NCBI GenBank assembly: GCA_964016885.1
Contig: OZ024741.1
Span: forward strand, 283,960,001-284,024,000
Direction: 5' to 3'
Length of the DNA stretch: 64,000 nt
Source: Eledone cirrhosa
Lineage: Eukaryota
Below are positions 23,155 through 36,548 of the stretch, piece after piece. The notes under the pieces are model-generated. The model ran no database searches. It had not been told where the DNA came from and saw only the letters and a program-made list of their open reading frames with translations. Numbering within the stretch: the stretch's first letter is position 1; every line of letters begins with the position of its first letter. The translations under genes and the position numbers were made by a program.

Positions 23155-25752
23155 CATCATCATCATCATCATCTTCGTTTAACGTCCATATTCCACGCTA
23201 GCATGGGTTAGACGGGAGTTGTCCTACTTGAGGCAAGGCTGGTCGGGTGACCGTGTCTCGCTCTATAGGACTATCTGGCAGGTGTCTACGGCTGGATGCC
23301 CTTCCTAACACCAACCACATTTACAGTGTGGAACTGGGAACTTTTTACCGTGTTACCTACACGGCCACATTACAGCGAGGACTGTGTGTGTTTTATTGTC
23401 GTGACACCTACACGATCTCGATCTCATTTTCTCGTGCTCTTGGTGGGAGTGGGAGGATAGGGTAGGGGTAGTAGATTAGGGTGTATATTTGGTTAAGAGG
23501 TGCCTACTGACTATAGGTTTCGCTTTGTACATAGGCAAGGCGGGTCTTCTGTATTACTGCGTAGCGCCAAAGATCTCGGTCCAGTGACATTGTCTTGGAG
23601 AGGTGTAAGTGTGTGAGGTCGGAATTTCTCAGATCATCCCAGGTTTTTCTGGGTCTACCTACTCCGTAACTACCATCAATTTTGATCGCCCTGCACTTTT
23701 TTATGCAGCTGTCGTCTTTCATGCGCATCATGTGACCATACCAACGTAGTCTTCTCTCAAGTAAACAGCCTCTGATCCCTCTTATTTCTAATTTCTCACT
23801 TAGTTCATTTATGCTTTGCCGTTCACGTATATTACGGAGCATGCATACTTCGTTCCTTTCCAGTCTACGCAGGTCCTCTGCACGTAATGCCCATGTCTCA
23901 CTGCCATGTAGCATTGCTGTTCGTATACAGGCATCATACAATCTGCCTTTCATTTTTAGAGAGAAACCTTTTGTGGTCAACAGCCATATAAGCTCTCTGA
24001 ACTTTTTCCATCCCGTTCTGACTCTAGCTACTGTACTTTCAGAGCACCCTCCCCCCACTGCTGATTTCGTCACCCATGTAACGGAAAGTGTCTATTATTT
24101 CTATAGAACCATCTGGGCAATAGAAGGAGCTAGTATTCTTTGGACACTTGCTACTTATTGCACCTGAGCATTGGCCACATATAAAGTCTACGTTCTTAGA
24201 TAGTTTACCTGTGATCCCACTACATCTTTTATGTACCCATACTTTGCATTTTGGACATAAAATGGAATTTCTGCCTACTCCTTTCCTACACACTGAGTAT
24301 GGCCATTTCCTTGAGGGCACCTGTGCCCTATTTTCCTTTCTACAAACTAGAACTTTAGTCTTAGACAAGTTAACTTTAAGGCCTTTTGATTCTAGGCCAT
24401 GCTTCCATGTTTCGAATTTCTTCTCTAGTTCAGCCATTGATTCAGCTATGAGCGTTAGATCATCTGCATATAAGAGTTCCCATGGGCAGCCGGTCTTGAA
24501 CTCCTCTGTTATAGCCTGAAGGGCAATAATAAATAAGAGGGGGCTAAGGACAGAGCCTTGATGAACGCCAACTTTTACACTAAATTCTTCACAATATTCA
24601 TTGTTAATTCTAACCTTGCTGAATGTTTCTTTATACATGGCTTGTATATCTCTCACAAGCCATTCATCAACACCTAGTTTTCTAAGAGCCTACCAGATAA
24701 TGGAACGGGAGACTCTGTCAAAGGCTTTCTCCAAGTCGACAAAAGCTAAGTATAGGGGTTTACTTTTAGCTAGGTTCTTCTCTTGTAGCTGCCGTACAAG
24801 GAAAAGAGCGTCTGTGGTACTTTTACCTGACACAAACCCAAACTGCATTTCATCTAGATCAATTCGCTCTCTGATTAGTTGCGCTATAACTCTTTCTGTG
24901 ACCTTCATGACCTGGTCAACTAACTTAATGCCTCTATAGTTTCCCCTATCTAGAGCATCCTCTTTACCCTTGTAGCAGTTAATGATGCTGCTGCTACGCC
25001 AGTCTTTCGGTATGACCCCATTCTGTATTACTTGGTTAACTATACGAGTGACCATATACCAGATGCCTTCAACATCTCAGCAACTATCTCCGAAGGCCCA
25101 GCTGCTTTTCCTGTCTTCATATCTTTGATTGCTTTACTTATTATACTACCTTTAACTTGCACCGCTGGTCCTTCTATTGGATCGATTTGGGGCAGACTAT
25201 CTTTTTCCCATTTATTCTCCTCATTTAATAGTCTCTCGTAGTGACACTTCCAGGCTATCTTCTTATCAGTATCAGTGAGCGCAAGTAGACCATTATCATT
25301 ACGGACACACTTCTCCCCGACAATATCACGGTTTTCCTTGACACATTGTCTAGCAATCCTGAAGACCTCACGTTTTTGGTCCTCACGTTGTAGAACATGC
25401 TTGAACTTTCTATCCTCTGCTACCCTTTTTGCAAGGTACACTTGACTCCTAGCTTCTCTTCTGGCCACTTGATAGTGCTCTCTACTTCCCCCATCCTGCC
25501 ATACTTTCCAAGCCTGCTTTTTGGCCTTGATTGTCTCTTCCACCTTACTGTTCCACCACCAAGTTACTCTCCTCCTGCCAATAGGTCTGCTCCAGCCACA
25601 GATTTCATCCGTTGCTTTCAGCAGGTTCAATTTCAAGAATTGCCACTGTTCCTCTATATTGCACGTCTCTAATTGCTCTTCCTTATTGTCAAAGGCATCA
25701 AGTAATAAGCTTTTAAATTTGTCACTGGCTATAGGGTCCTTCAATTTCCATA
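23155..25752 (-). mobile_element. 5'-truncated RTE-clade LINE with disrupted ORF and (GAT)n tail
   Basis: NYRGIKL, MQFGF..STTDA, VGVHQGSVLSPLLF, LLYADDL, GRPRKTW; stop at ~24690, frameshifts at ~24050 and ~25050. Confidence 0.95.
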
Positions 25753-25851
25753 TTCTTCAGGTTCATATTCTGTGGTGACAGTCAAGTTTGCAATTTTCAA
25801 CTGTTGAAAATTGCAAACTTGACTGTCACCAGAGAATATGAACCTGAAGAT
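25753..25851. repeat. ~100-bp palindrome abutting the RTE 5' truncation
   Basis: Centre TTTTCAAC t GTTGAAAA; right arm runs into an HHR. Confidence 0.88.
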
Positions 25852-25877
25852 TGCGAAAGCATGAAAGTACTTGTTCA
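25839..25877 (+). ncRNA. minimal type I hammerhead ribozyme
   Basis: tgaac-CTGAAGA-ttgc gaaa gcat-GAAA-gtacTT-gttca. Confidence 0.82.
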
Positions 25878-26060
25878 ATTAACACTTAACATTTAATATT
25901 CTACCATACTATTTCATTCTAATACCATTATAAATTTTAAAGGATTGTAAATAAAACGAGTAAATCAGACAAAGTTGGAATTCTTTTTATTAATATAATC
26001 TTCTATACACAATCATACACACCAGTGTATATTTATCTATCTCTATATATATATACATAG

Positions 26061-26093
<33 letters not shown>

Positions 26094-26259
26094 CATATAT
26101 ATACATATATATATATATACATATATATATACATATATATATACATATATATACATATATATACATATATATATATAAATATATACATATACATATATAT
26201 ACATATACATATATATACATATATATACATACATATATATATACATACATATATATAGT

Positions 26260-26395
26260 GAAGGCGTGTGGCTGAGTGGTTAGAGTATTGGATTCACAAT
26301 CGTGAGGTTGTGAGTTCGATTCCTGAACCAGGCGATGCGTTATGTCCTTGAGCAAGACACTTTATTTCACGTTGCTCCTTCTACCTGGAGTTGCG
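26260..26395 (+). mobile_element. tRNA-derived CORE-like SINE, 3'-truncated
   Basis: A-box TGGCTGAGTGG, B-box GTTCGATTCC, then CCTTGAGCAAGACACTT. Confidence 0.8.
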
Positions 26396-27039
26396 ACCGA
26401 TAGATAGTATTAGCAATTGGAAAGACCAACGGAAACATAGTTTCCTCGGTCCGATTTGACGAAAGTCGATCGACTAGAATATATATAGTGTGAAACGCAG
26501 CAAGGCGCGAGTAATTCGTCTAGTATATATTATATATATATATGTTTACATATATATAGCTCCTCTCTTGTTTTCTCTCCTACTTCTCTCCTATTTCTCC
26601 CACCTCCCCATATATAATTATTATCATTTGGTCTACCTCTTTCCCCCTCCCCCACCTCTATCTTTCTCTATCTCTCTGTTTTCTCTTTATTTTTTATTTT
26701 TTATTTTTTATTTCTCTCCGTCTCCTTAACACTATAACTAAATAATTACAGTACTCCCTCCCTCCTAAATCTCTCAATTTGTATGATGAATTATTATTAT
26801 TCATCTGTTGCCTCAGCTGCATCTCTTTTTTCACCCCCTCACTATTTCTCTCTCCCCTATCTCTCTCTATTTCTCTCTGTTTTTCTTTACATACATTTCT
26901 TCTTTTTCTCCGTCTTTCTTTTTAACTGTGCTTAACACTAAATATTTATAAACATCTCACTACCAAACCAACTTCTTACATGAAAGTTGATCAATATTTA
27001 TGGTACATCAAAATTATTTATAAAACTGCTTATATATTG

Positions 27040-27104
27040 TATTTTATCTGAAGAAGGCATGCCATATTTTTAATATGGTATCCCCGAAATATGTATAATG
27101 AATA
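27040..27104 (+). ncRNA. type I hammerhead ribozyme
   Basis: tattttat-CTGAAGA-aggcatgccatatt ttt aatatggtatcccc-GAAA-tatgtATA-atgaata. Confidence 0.75.
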
Positions 27105-27140
27105 TGGTTTTATAAATATAGTTTCCATTTGTTTAATATC

Positions 27141-27178
<38 letters not shown>

Positions 27179-27429
27179 ATAGAGAAATTAATGTAAGCAA
27201 AAAACCTACAATAATTCAGATATATAAGTGACTATAACATCAAGATGAACATTTTTTAACGTAAGATATGGGATAAATAATTCGATCTTAATTCAAAACA
27301 AATCAAGAAGAAAAATTTGATCCTCAGACTTTGTGTAAGCTGGGGAAAAAAACAATACAATCTTAACTCAAAATAAAATCAAGAGGAAATACTTAACCGT
27401 CAATTTGGGGAAATCTCTATATATCTAAA

Positions 27430-27602
27430 TATAGGAACGAGTAGGACCCCGACGGCTGAGTTCAAGCCGTTTCGATGGCTAAAGAATTAGCCGTCGAAAT
27501 GGCTTGAGCTCAGCCGTCGGGGTCCTACTCGTTCCTATTACCCACTCTACTACCATAAGTATTGAGTACTTTGGTGTGTTTTGGTCCATCTGGTTCCTTC
27601 GC
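27430..27602. mobile_element. fold-back insert (110-bp palindrome plus tail)
   Basis: Arms at 27430-27481 and 27488-27539; reverse-complement homologue at 8320-8458. Confidence 0.8.
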
Positions 27603-27632
27603 TATATCTAAATATATATATATATATATATT

Positions 27633-27868
27633 CATTTTTACATTCATTTAATCTATTGATTTATTAATTTTTTATTTGAATGACCCGAATTTTCCTGGTC
27701 GTTTTTTTTTCGGCTGTGCGATTGATTCTAAGCATCGTCTTTATGTGTTGGTATTTTAACGATAGTTATGGCTCTGGTTCATCCAAACTATTGAGCCCTC
27801 TGCTACACATGTCGACGTTTGTTTATCGTTATTTCGTGGGCCGAAATTCTGATTCTCGATTATTTACT
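27633..27868 (+). mobile_element. dispersed diverged partial copy of the 615-bp unit
   Basis: Shares GGTATTTTAACGATAGTTAT.GCTCTG.TTCATC..A.TATTGAGCCCTCTGC; ends at about the same unit position before (TA)n. Confidence 0.8.
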
Positions 27869-27891
27869 TGTATAATATATGTATATATATT

Positions 27892-27949
<58 letters not shown>

Positions 27950-27951
<2 letters not shown>

Positions 27952-28180
27952 CATAAATGTAAGTATGCATGTATGTATGTATACGTACATACATATATGT
28001 ATACAGACGTACAGTAGTATGTATATATATACATACATGCACACATATATATATGCACGTATCGGTTTACCGAGTGAGAAATGAAATTTCGTTTCATTCT
28101 ATTCCATTTATCGTTTTCGGTGCGCCCGGCCGACTGAACTCACTCGATATGCAAATTAGGCTGCTCAGCCGTTAATATGT
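27950..28180. mobile_element. rearranged fragment of the 466-bp retrozyme family
   Basis: Minus-strand segment 27950-28070 joined to plus-strand segment GAGTGAGAAATGAAATTTCG..GGCTGCTCAGCCGTTAAT. Confidence 0.8.
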
Positions 28181-28249
28181 GTACAGCCACCGGAAATAAC
28201 ATCTGTGAAATATACAGCGCCATTTACCTGTTAGCTAGCTACCTCACCG

Positions 28250-30993
28250 TGAAACAAAACAACCCTTAGAAGCTACCAGTCAGAGCCTTCGCGGTACAAC
28301 GGCATTCTCCAGAAATACCCAGACATCATTCGCCCGGTATTTAAGGATGGTCCTATTAAGCATAGTGTCACACACCACATCGAGACAAGCGGACCACCCA
28401 ATGCTGCCCGACCAAGGAGACTGCCTCCAGACCGATTGAGAATCGCCAAACAGGAGTTCCAACACATGCTGGACCTCGGAATCATTCGCCCTTCCTCCAC
28501 CGACTGGTTTGCACCCCTACATCTTGTTCCTAAAAAAAACGAGAATGATTGGCGACCATGTGGGGATTATCATGCACTTAACAATCAATTCTACAGTGCC
28601 CGATAACTACCCTGTACCTCACCTGCACGATTTTTATGCCTCTCTGCAAGGCGCACGCATCTTTTCCAAGATAGATTTGGTGCGTGCATATAACCAGATA
28701 CCTATGGAGCCTGCAGATATTCCGAAGACCACAATCACAACACCGTTCGATTTATTCGAATTCCTGCGAATGCCGTTCGGTCTGCGCAACGCTGCACAAA
28801 CTTTTCAGCGGTTTATTGACACCGTGTTACGCGATCTACCCCTCGTATACGCGTATATTGACGACGTGCTGGTAGCAAGTACTTCCGAGCAAGAACACGA
28901 GAAGCACTTAGATCTCTTTTTCCAACGTTTGACTGAGTACGGTATCATCATCAACTCTAGCAAGTGCCTTCTCGGCGTTCCTTCACTATCCTTTCTCGGG
29001 CACATCATCGATAAAGACGGCATTCGTCCACTTCCCGAGAAAGTAGAAGCTATCCGCAGTTTTCTCGCACCTACATCACTTCGGAAACTGCGTGAATTCC
29101 TCGGTCTGGTGAATTTTTATAGGCGTTTTATCCCTCATTGTTCCGACGCAGCCAGACTCCTCACGGACCTTCTTCGTAACCGGACTCGCAAAAACGAAGA
29201 GATCACTCTAAACGAGGAAGAATTAACATCTTTTAACCACCTGAAGGAAATGTTGGCAAACGCTTCCATGCTCGTTTTCCCCAGGTCTGGCGCTCCTCTT
29301 TCGCTGCTAGTGGACGCATCAGACACGGGGGGGGGGGGGGGGGCGGATTGGAGGCGTTTTACAACAATATGTCGACGGCGTGTGGCAACCCTTATCCTTC
29401 TTTTCTAAGCGGTTGCAACCGGCAGAAACGAAATACAGTACCTTTGGCCGCGAACTCTTGGCAACCTATCTTTCGGTTAAGCATTTTCGGCACATGCTCG
29501 AAGGATCGGATTTCACGATCTACACGGACCATAAACCACTAGTTTATGCGTTCCGTACCAAACCTGATAGACATTAACTGAGAGAACTCCGACACCTGGA
29601 TTTTGTCTCCCAATATTCAACTGATGTTCGGCATATCAAGGGAACAGACAACGTAGCAGCCGACGCCCTGTCCCGAATCCAGCTGAACGCAATACATGTG
29701 CATTCAGGCATCGACCTTCAACAGATCGCAGCTGACCAAGAGATTGACGAAGAGTTTATCAACCTCCGAGATTCGCCATCCCTCAAGTTTCAGCAAGTTC
29801 CCATTCCTTCTTCTCCGGGACAAATTTGGTGCGACCTTTCTACCAGTCATGAACGACCGTACGTACCACAGATGCATCGTCGACTGCATCGTCGACAAGT
29901 TTTTTTATGCTTTACACTGTTTGTCTCACCCGGGAATCCGGGATACACAGAAACTCATCTCTGCTCGTTTTGTGTGGACTAACATTAACAAGGACGTGCG
30001 CGACTGGTCCAGGAGCTGCATTGCCTGCCAGAAAGCCAAAGTCCACAGACACATCAAAACTCCACTCGGCACATTCGCGCAACCTGATGCACGTTTTCAT
30101 CATGTGCATATTGACATCGTCGGACCTCTACCACCATCACAGAACTATACACACTTGCTCACCTGCATAGATCAATTTTTTTCGTTGGGCTGAGGCTTTT
30201 CCCAGCGGAAACAGTCGCTAAAACTTTGGTTTTACACTGGGTATCACGTTATGGCGCCCCAGCGAAGATAACAACGGACAGAAGACGCCAATTTGACTCC
30301 CACCTCTTCAGGGAACTGGCTCGCCTGTTAGGATGTAAACACATCCGCACGACAGCTTATCACCCGCAAGCTAATGGTCTCGTGGAAAGATTCCATCGCC
30401 AATTGAAAGCTGCAATAAAAGCATATCCAGACAAGACCCACTGGTTTGAATACCTACCACTCATCCTTCTGGGCATTCGATCCACCGTTAAGGAGGAATT
30501 CGGACACACACCTGCAGAATTAGTGTACGGCACCACCCTGGTTCTACCTGGTCAGATGGTTGCTCCCATCTCTCCTCAGGACGTTCCAGACCCAGGATCA
30601 TACGTACACCGTCTTCGACAATATATGTCTCACCTTGCTCCTGCAAGCACCCGTCAACAGAACACGGCCACACACGTACCTTCAGACATTAAAGATTGGA
30701 CACGCGTTTTCGTTCGAAACGATACCATCTCAGCTCATCTTCGACCTCCATATTCTGGCCCTTATCGTGTTCTAAAAAAATATCCGAAATATTTTATTCT
30801 CGATCTAGATGGTAAACAGAATTCTGTCAGCGTGGACAGATTAAAAAAAGCCATCATGGATATGTTACAGTCTCTACCAGAAACTACAACAGATTGCTGT
30901 CCCAGCGAGCCACCTGTTTCATCTCCAGTCACAAGAAGTGGACGACGCGTCCATTGGCCCGTCAAGTTGGCACAATATGTGAATTACCGTTAA
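28250..30993 (+). mobile_element. Ty3/Gypsy LTR retrotransposon pol remnant (RT-RNase H-integrase), no LTRs seen
   Basis: [81 protein letters not shown]; several frameshifts. Confidence 0.95.
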
Positions 30994-31443
30994 CCTCAAG
31001 TGAGTTTCTTAATCATTCTTCGTGCAAAACATTTCCATTTTTCTTGTGTTTACTATTTCCAGTTTCAAATACAATGAACTTTCTGCTTGAACAATTGCAA
31101 TTTTTAGTGACCATGTGCTCATGTCACGAAGAACATTATTTATTATGAACATTATTTATTACAAACACTATTAAGAACAAACATTGTGTGTATCATTGTG
31201 TATAACATTTTCTTTTCTTCTCTCGCTTGTTTTGCAAAAAATTTTATTTTTCTTGTTCTTGATTGTGTAATTGCCATAATTTTTATATACATACAAGGCA
31301 TGTACATATTCTGTTTTTCATGCACACTACAAAACCACGTTTGTTTCACCTTTTGGTTCATACACGGAACAATAGATATTTGTGTCCCTCTAACTCTTAC
31401 ACTACAAAATGTTTTCTCTTTGATCACGCATTTCATTTTGTCC

Positions 31444-32330
31444 TTAATTGTAAGTTGTGATGTTGCTGTTCCATTCATGTTTTCTATTTAATTTTGGTTG
31501 TAATTCATTTATGTTTATTGCCTCTGTGATTTGTCTAAACATTGCGTCTTTTCTGTGTGTAGATTCTATTTTTATTTCTATGTTGTTTAATTTACCCTTA
31601 TGTTCTATTTTAGCATGTTGGTAGAGTACAGATGATTCTTTACTATCTTGAAGGTCTCGCCAGTGTTCATTTATCCGTTCCCCTATACTACGAGCTGTCT
31701 CACCTATGTACACTATATTTGTATCTCTACATTGTCCTTCAGTACATCTTATGCTATATACTACATTTCTAGTTTTACAGTTAATATGGGGGCTTAATTT
31801 ACAGATTATACATTTCTTATCTATACAGGGAGGTCTTTGAAAAGGGTATGTCTTGCTAATAAGCGTTTTTATGGAGGTACCTGGTCTTTCTACTATCTTA
31901 ATATTGAGTTTATGTTTATCTAGGGTCCTTCTAAATTTGTAAGCTAATTCACCTCTAGGTGTTGTATCGATGTACATTACACTCTGGTATTTATTGCTAT
32001 CATACCATGAGTTTATTCTATTAGCCTTATTCCTAGTTCTTTCTATTCTATTCCAAAATTTGCTCCTATACAAGGGGCAGGTCCCATTTGTGTCATTATT
32101 TACCATTTTTTCCCATTTGGTTCTGGCTCCTCTATACACTCTGATTTTATCTCTCTGATTGTAACCAGAGAACTGCATACGGTGGATGAAGTGTTGTACG
32201 TGTCTCTCTAGTTCTTAGGGGTTGCACATGCGGGACACGTTTCTCATCACCCGTACCAAATCCGCAATCAGTATGTTGATTTTGGTATGGTCCGAAACAG
32301 CTGAGTTTCGGTGGACAAACACTACAGGGA
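31444..32330 (-). pseudogene. Penelope-like element 3' ORF (thumb, Cys-rich linker, GIY-YIG), a different clade from the 36.5-kb element
   Basis: PLYRSKFW, VERPG, C..C..C linker, NVVYSIRC..YIGETARSIGERINEH, RQITEAINI..LNRKHEWN. Confidence 0.9.
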
Positions 32331-32685
32331 GCCTCACCCCAGAAAGAATTCTATAGACTTCTGACTGAGGAATGCTCTCAAAACTGACCAATGGGAAGTT
32401 TGACACTTTTTTTTGTGATTTTGTTCCTTTACCACCTTGTTCCTTCTACCGCTTTATCAATTTTTTAAGCTAACTCCAATAACAACACTTAGAATGAGGA
32501 ATGTTCTAACAACTGACCAATGAGAGGAGAAGAGGCTGTTTGACACTGAAATTCGTTTGTTTGAATTCATATGATTCCAGTTCCTCAGTGAAATAACAAC
32601 CCAACCAGGAATTGGGCATATCAGAGTATTGACAAAATCATACACCTCAACAACATATGTACTTGTCTATACCACACTAATTCGG

Positions 32686-32740
32686 ACTGCCTGAAGAGGT
32701 CACAGCCAAAGATGGCTGTCACTGAAATATATATAGCAGT
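32686..32740 (+). ncRNA. minimal type I hammerhead ribozyme
   Basis: actgc-CTGAAGA-ggtcacagcca aaga tggctgtcact-GAAA-tatatATA-gcagt. Confidence 0.87.
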
Positions 32741-32789
32741 AATAAACGAAGCTAAATTTTAAACATTTGACTTTTTATTTAACTTTACT

Positions 32790-33360
<571 letters not shown>

Positions 33361-33533
33361 TACAATATCGGAGAAAGCTTTTTAGCGATACACTGGCCAA
33401 ATTCCAATTCACTGAACAAACATTAGGAAATAAGTGATTATATTCCCAATTATGTGTTCGGGGTGCTAACTAAAAGTATTGCGTGGAAAATTGGCTGTAT
33501 TATTTCAAATGAGACATATCTAATATATCTCTT

Positions 33534-33660
33534 CCCGGACGGACGTCTCGTTTCATTATAGGATTCCTACAATTTGGGTGAAATTATACCAATTTATGTA
33601 GGAGCTTGTATACCATCAATAGATATATATTCAAGTGGGCTCCTATAATTCATCAGTGGG
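33534..33660 (-). ncRNA. hammerhead ribozyme with branched long stem II
   Basis: Reverse complement ccca-CTGATGA-attatagga..tcctataat-GAAA-cg aga cGTC; stem I disrupted by a small duplication. Confidence 0.62.
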
Positions 33661-34104
33661 TGCCCCAATAATACTAATATTGATAATCTAACCAACATCA
33701 GCATTTAGCGATAATCACTTTCTGTGCCTGAGGTATCTGTCAGGTTGCCAGTCCAGCAGTTCTAAAGAAGTGCTCGAACTGATTCAAAAATTGAGGAAGT
33801 GAATTACCGCCAAAAAAAAACAATACATGCGCGTGACAATGAACTCTGAAAGGAATTCAGGCCACGTGCTAAGAACTCAATATATATATATATCAGGAAA
33901 CTGGGATGACTTCGATATAAAACCTGCGGCTCAGTAGTTACCGATGATGTTGATCTTTTCTTCTTATCGGGTTATAGCTACTGTCGCTGAGAGAATGGGA
34001 TTGGCTCAGTGCACAGGCTTTCCTCACTTTAAAAAATATCTTCATGCATGATAGAATTAATTAATAATTATTAATAATGGTATATCATGCGATGGCCATA
34101 CTCG

Positions 34105-34700
<596 letters not shown>

Positions 34701-34714
34701 TAAATTAATTAAAA

Positions 34715-35092
34715 TAATGAATAAAAACAAAACAATTCCTTATATTAAAATTCATCATTTTACGATCGTTTCTAGGATATATATGTGTGTGTTGGTATGT
34801 ATATCATATAGATCTATGTAAAAAATTTACAAACTATCAGAGGGAATATACATACCTACACATATATATGCTGTCTTCAGAAATAATGATATTTGTTTAT
34901 TGAATAAACAAATATCATTATTTCTGAAAACTGCATATATATGTGTAGGTATGTATATTCCCCCTGATAGTTTTTGTAAATATTTTTACATAGATCTATA
35001 TGATATACATACCAACACACACATATATATCCTAGAAACGATCGTAAAATGATGAATTTTTTAATATAAGGAACTGTTTCTTTGTTTTTATT
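34715..35092. mobile_element. inverted (fold-back) pair of PLE pLTRs
   Basis: Palindrome centred ~34901; arms match the pLTRs at 12000-12200 and 41200-41400. Confidence 0.88.
34752..34889 (-). ncRNA. hammerhead ribozyme with long stem II
   Basis: Nearly identical to 12049-12186; the mirror copy at 34915-35055 has a mutated core (CTGAAAA). Confidence 0.8.
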
Positions 35093-35234
35093 AATTTATC
35101 TTGACTCTGTTTTCCTGTGATTTTCATCGAAAAAATTTTGAATGCATCTCTTTTCATGATATTTGGATTACATTGAGTTCTTCATACGGATTGGACACTA
35201 CCGTATATTTTGGTAGATTTATCTACATATATAC

Positions 35235-35296
<62 letters not shown>

Positions 35297-35458
35297 GAAG
35301 TAATTCCGTCGGAAAAGTCCAGGAAAAAAGAGTGCTCTATGTAGGTAACAGAGCTTAATAGTTATGTAATAAACAAAATAAGGCAATTATTTCAATTACC
35401 AGTGGTTTCTTAAAAACAAATAATTTTGCTTTCAATCATCGCAATGAAAAAATCCTGG

Positions 35459-35542
35459 CGTATTTATTGACGTTGGATTTTAAAAACAAAAATGCAATCT
35501 CGATTGCATTTTTGTTTTTAAAATCCAACGTCAATAAATACG
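35459..35542. repeat. perfect 84-bp hairpin (41-bp arms)
   Basis: CGTATTTATTGACG..GCAATC tc GATTGC..CGTCAATAAATACG. Confidence 0.92.
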
Positions 35543-35544
35543 TA

Positions 35545-35590
<46 letters not shown>

Positions 35591-35611
35591 GTATACATAT
35601 ATATATATATA

Positions 35612-36277
35612 TAAAGAATGAATAATAACAGGTAGACATCATAAAAAGGTAATCTATTCCGTGTGCTTACAAGTGTTTCCACGGTGGTACTACAGCCTAG
35701 TTATCACTATAAATGGTAACTCAGTGCAATTCCTAGATTACTACTACAAACCCAAAGTTCACTCACCACACAAACTTCGTCTGTCCCCTCTCTACCTCTC
35801 TCTCTCTACATCCATTACACTCTCTCTCGCCTTTGGCCTACCTCCCTCTCAACATCTATGAACCTGCCCTCTGGGGCAATAAATAATTCCGACCTTAACT
35901 ATCAACGCATCTCTCCAAAAGTAACCAGTATAATAAAACCCCTACCATAACATTTTGATTAAGATATCTACAAACCACTCTCTCCTACTTCTCCAACCCC
36001 TGCATATCTTTCTCTCTCTCTCCCTCTCCCCTACTTTTCTCTCTTCCTTTTCTACTCTATCTTCCCCAACAACCCCACTTAAGGGTATTTACATTGCACA
36101 TTTTACCATTCTGCTCTGAGGAAACAGTGGTCACAGCATTGGATATTTGAGTTCTGCAAGTACTTGTGAATTTGCACATAGCATAACTAGGCTGTAGTAC
36201 CACCGTGGAAACACTTGTAAGCACACGGAATAAATTACCTTTTTATGATGTCTACCTGTTATTATTCATTCTTTATA
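35612..36277 (+). mobile_element. PLE 3' fragment with inverted partial pLTR
   Basis: 35612-35704 is the reverse complement of ~36183-36277; HHR at 36112-36223. Confidence 0.8.
36112..36223 (+). ncRNA. hammerhead ribozyme with long stem II
   Basis: tgct-CTGAGGA-aacagtggtcacagc..gctgtagtaccaccgtg-GAAA-cacttGTA-agca. Confidence 0.75.
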
Positions 36278-36415
36278 TACACTCCGGAATACAGAAGGAT
36301 CAGGAACTAAGTTTCTTCAACAATTCTTCCATAACTCGTAGAGTAACCTCTTACCGTACGTCAACCATATCCAGTGTAGTAATTAACCATTACTACATCT
36401 TGGATAATCCTATAC

Positions 36416-36450
<35 letters not shown>

Positions 36451-36452
36451 GT

Positions 36453-36506
<54 letters not shown>

Positions 36507-36548
36507 GTATACATATATATATATATCTTGTCCATTATCCATATCACA

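Noticed and set aside
26260-26335. tRNA gene (also 59511-59585)
   Set aside because: Imperfect cloverleaf continuing into SINE body sequence
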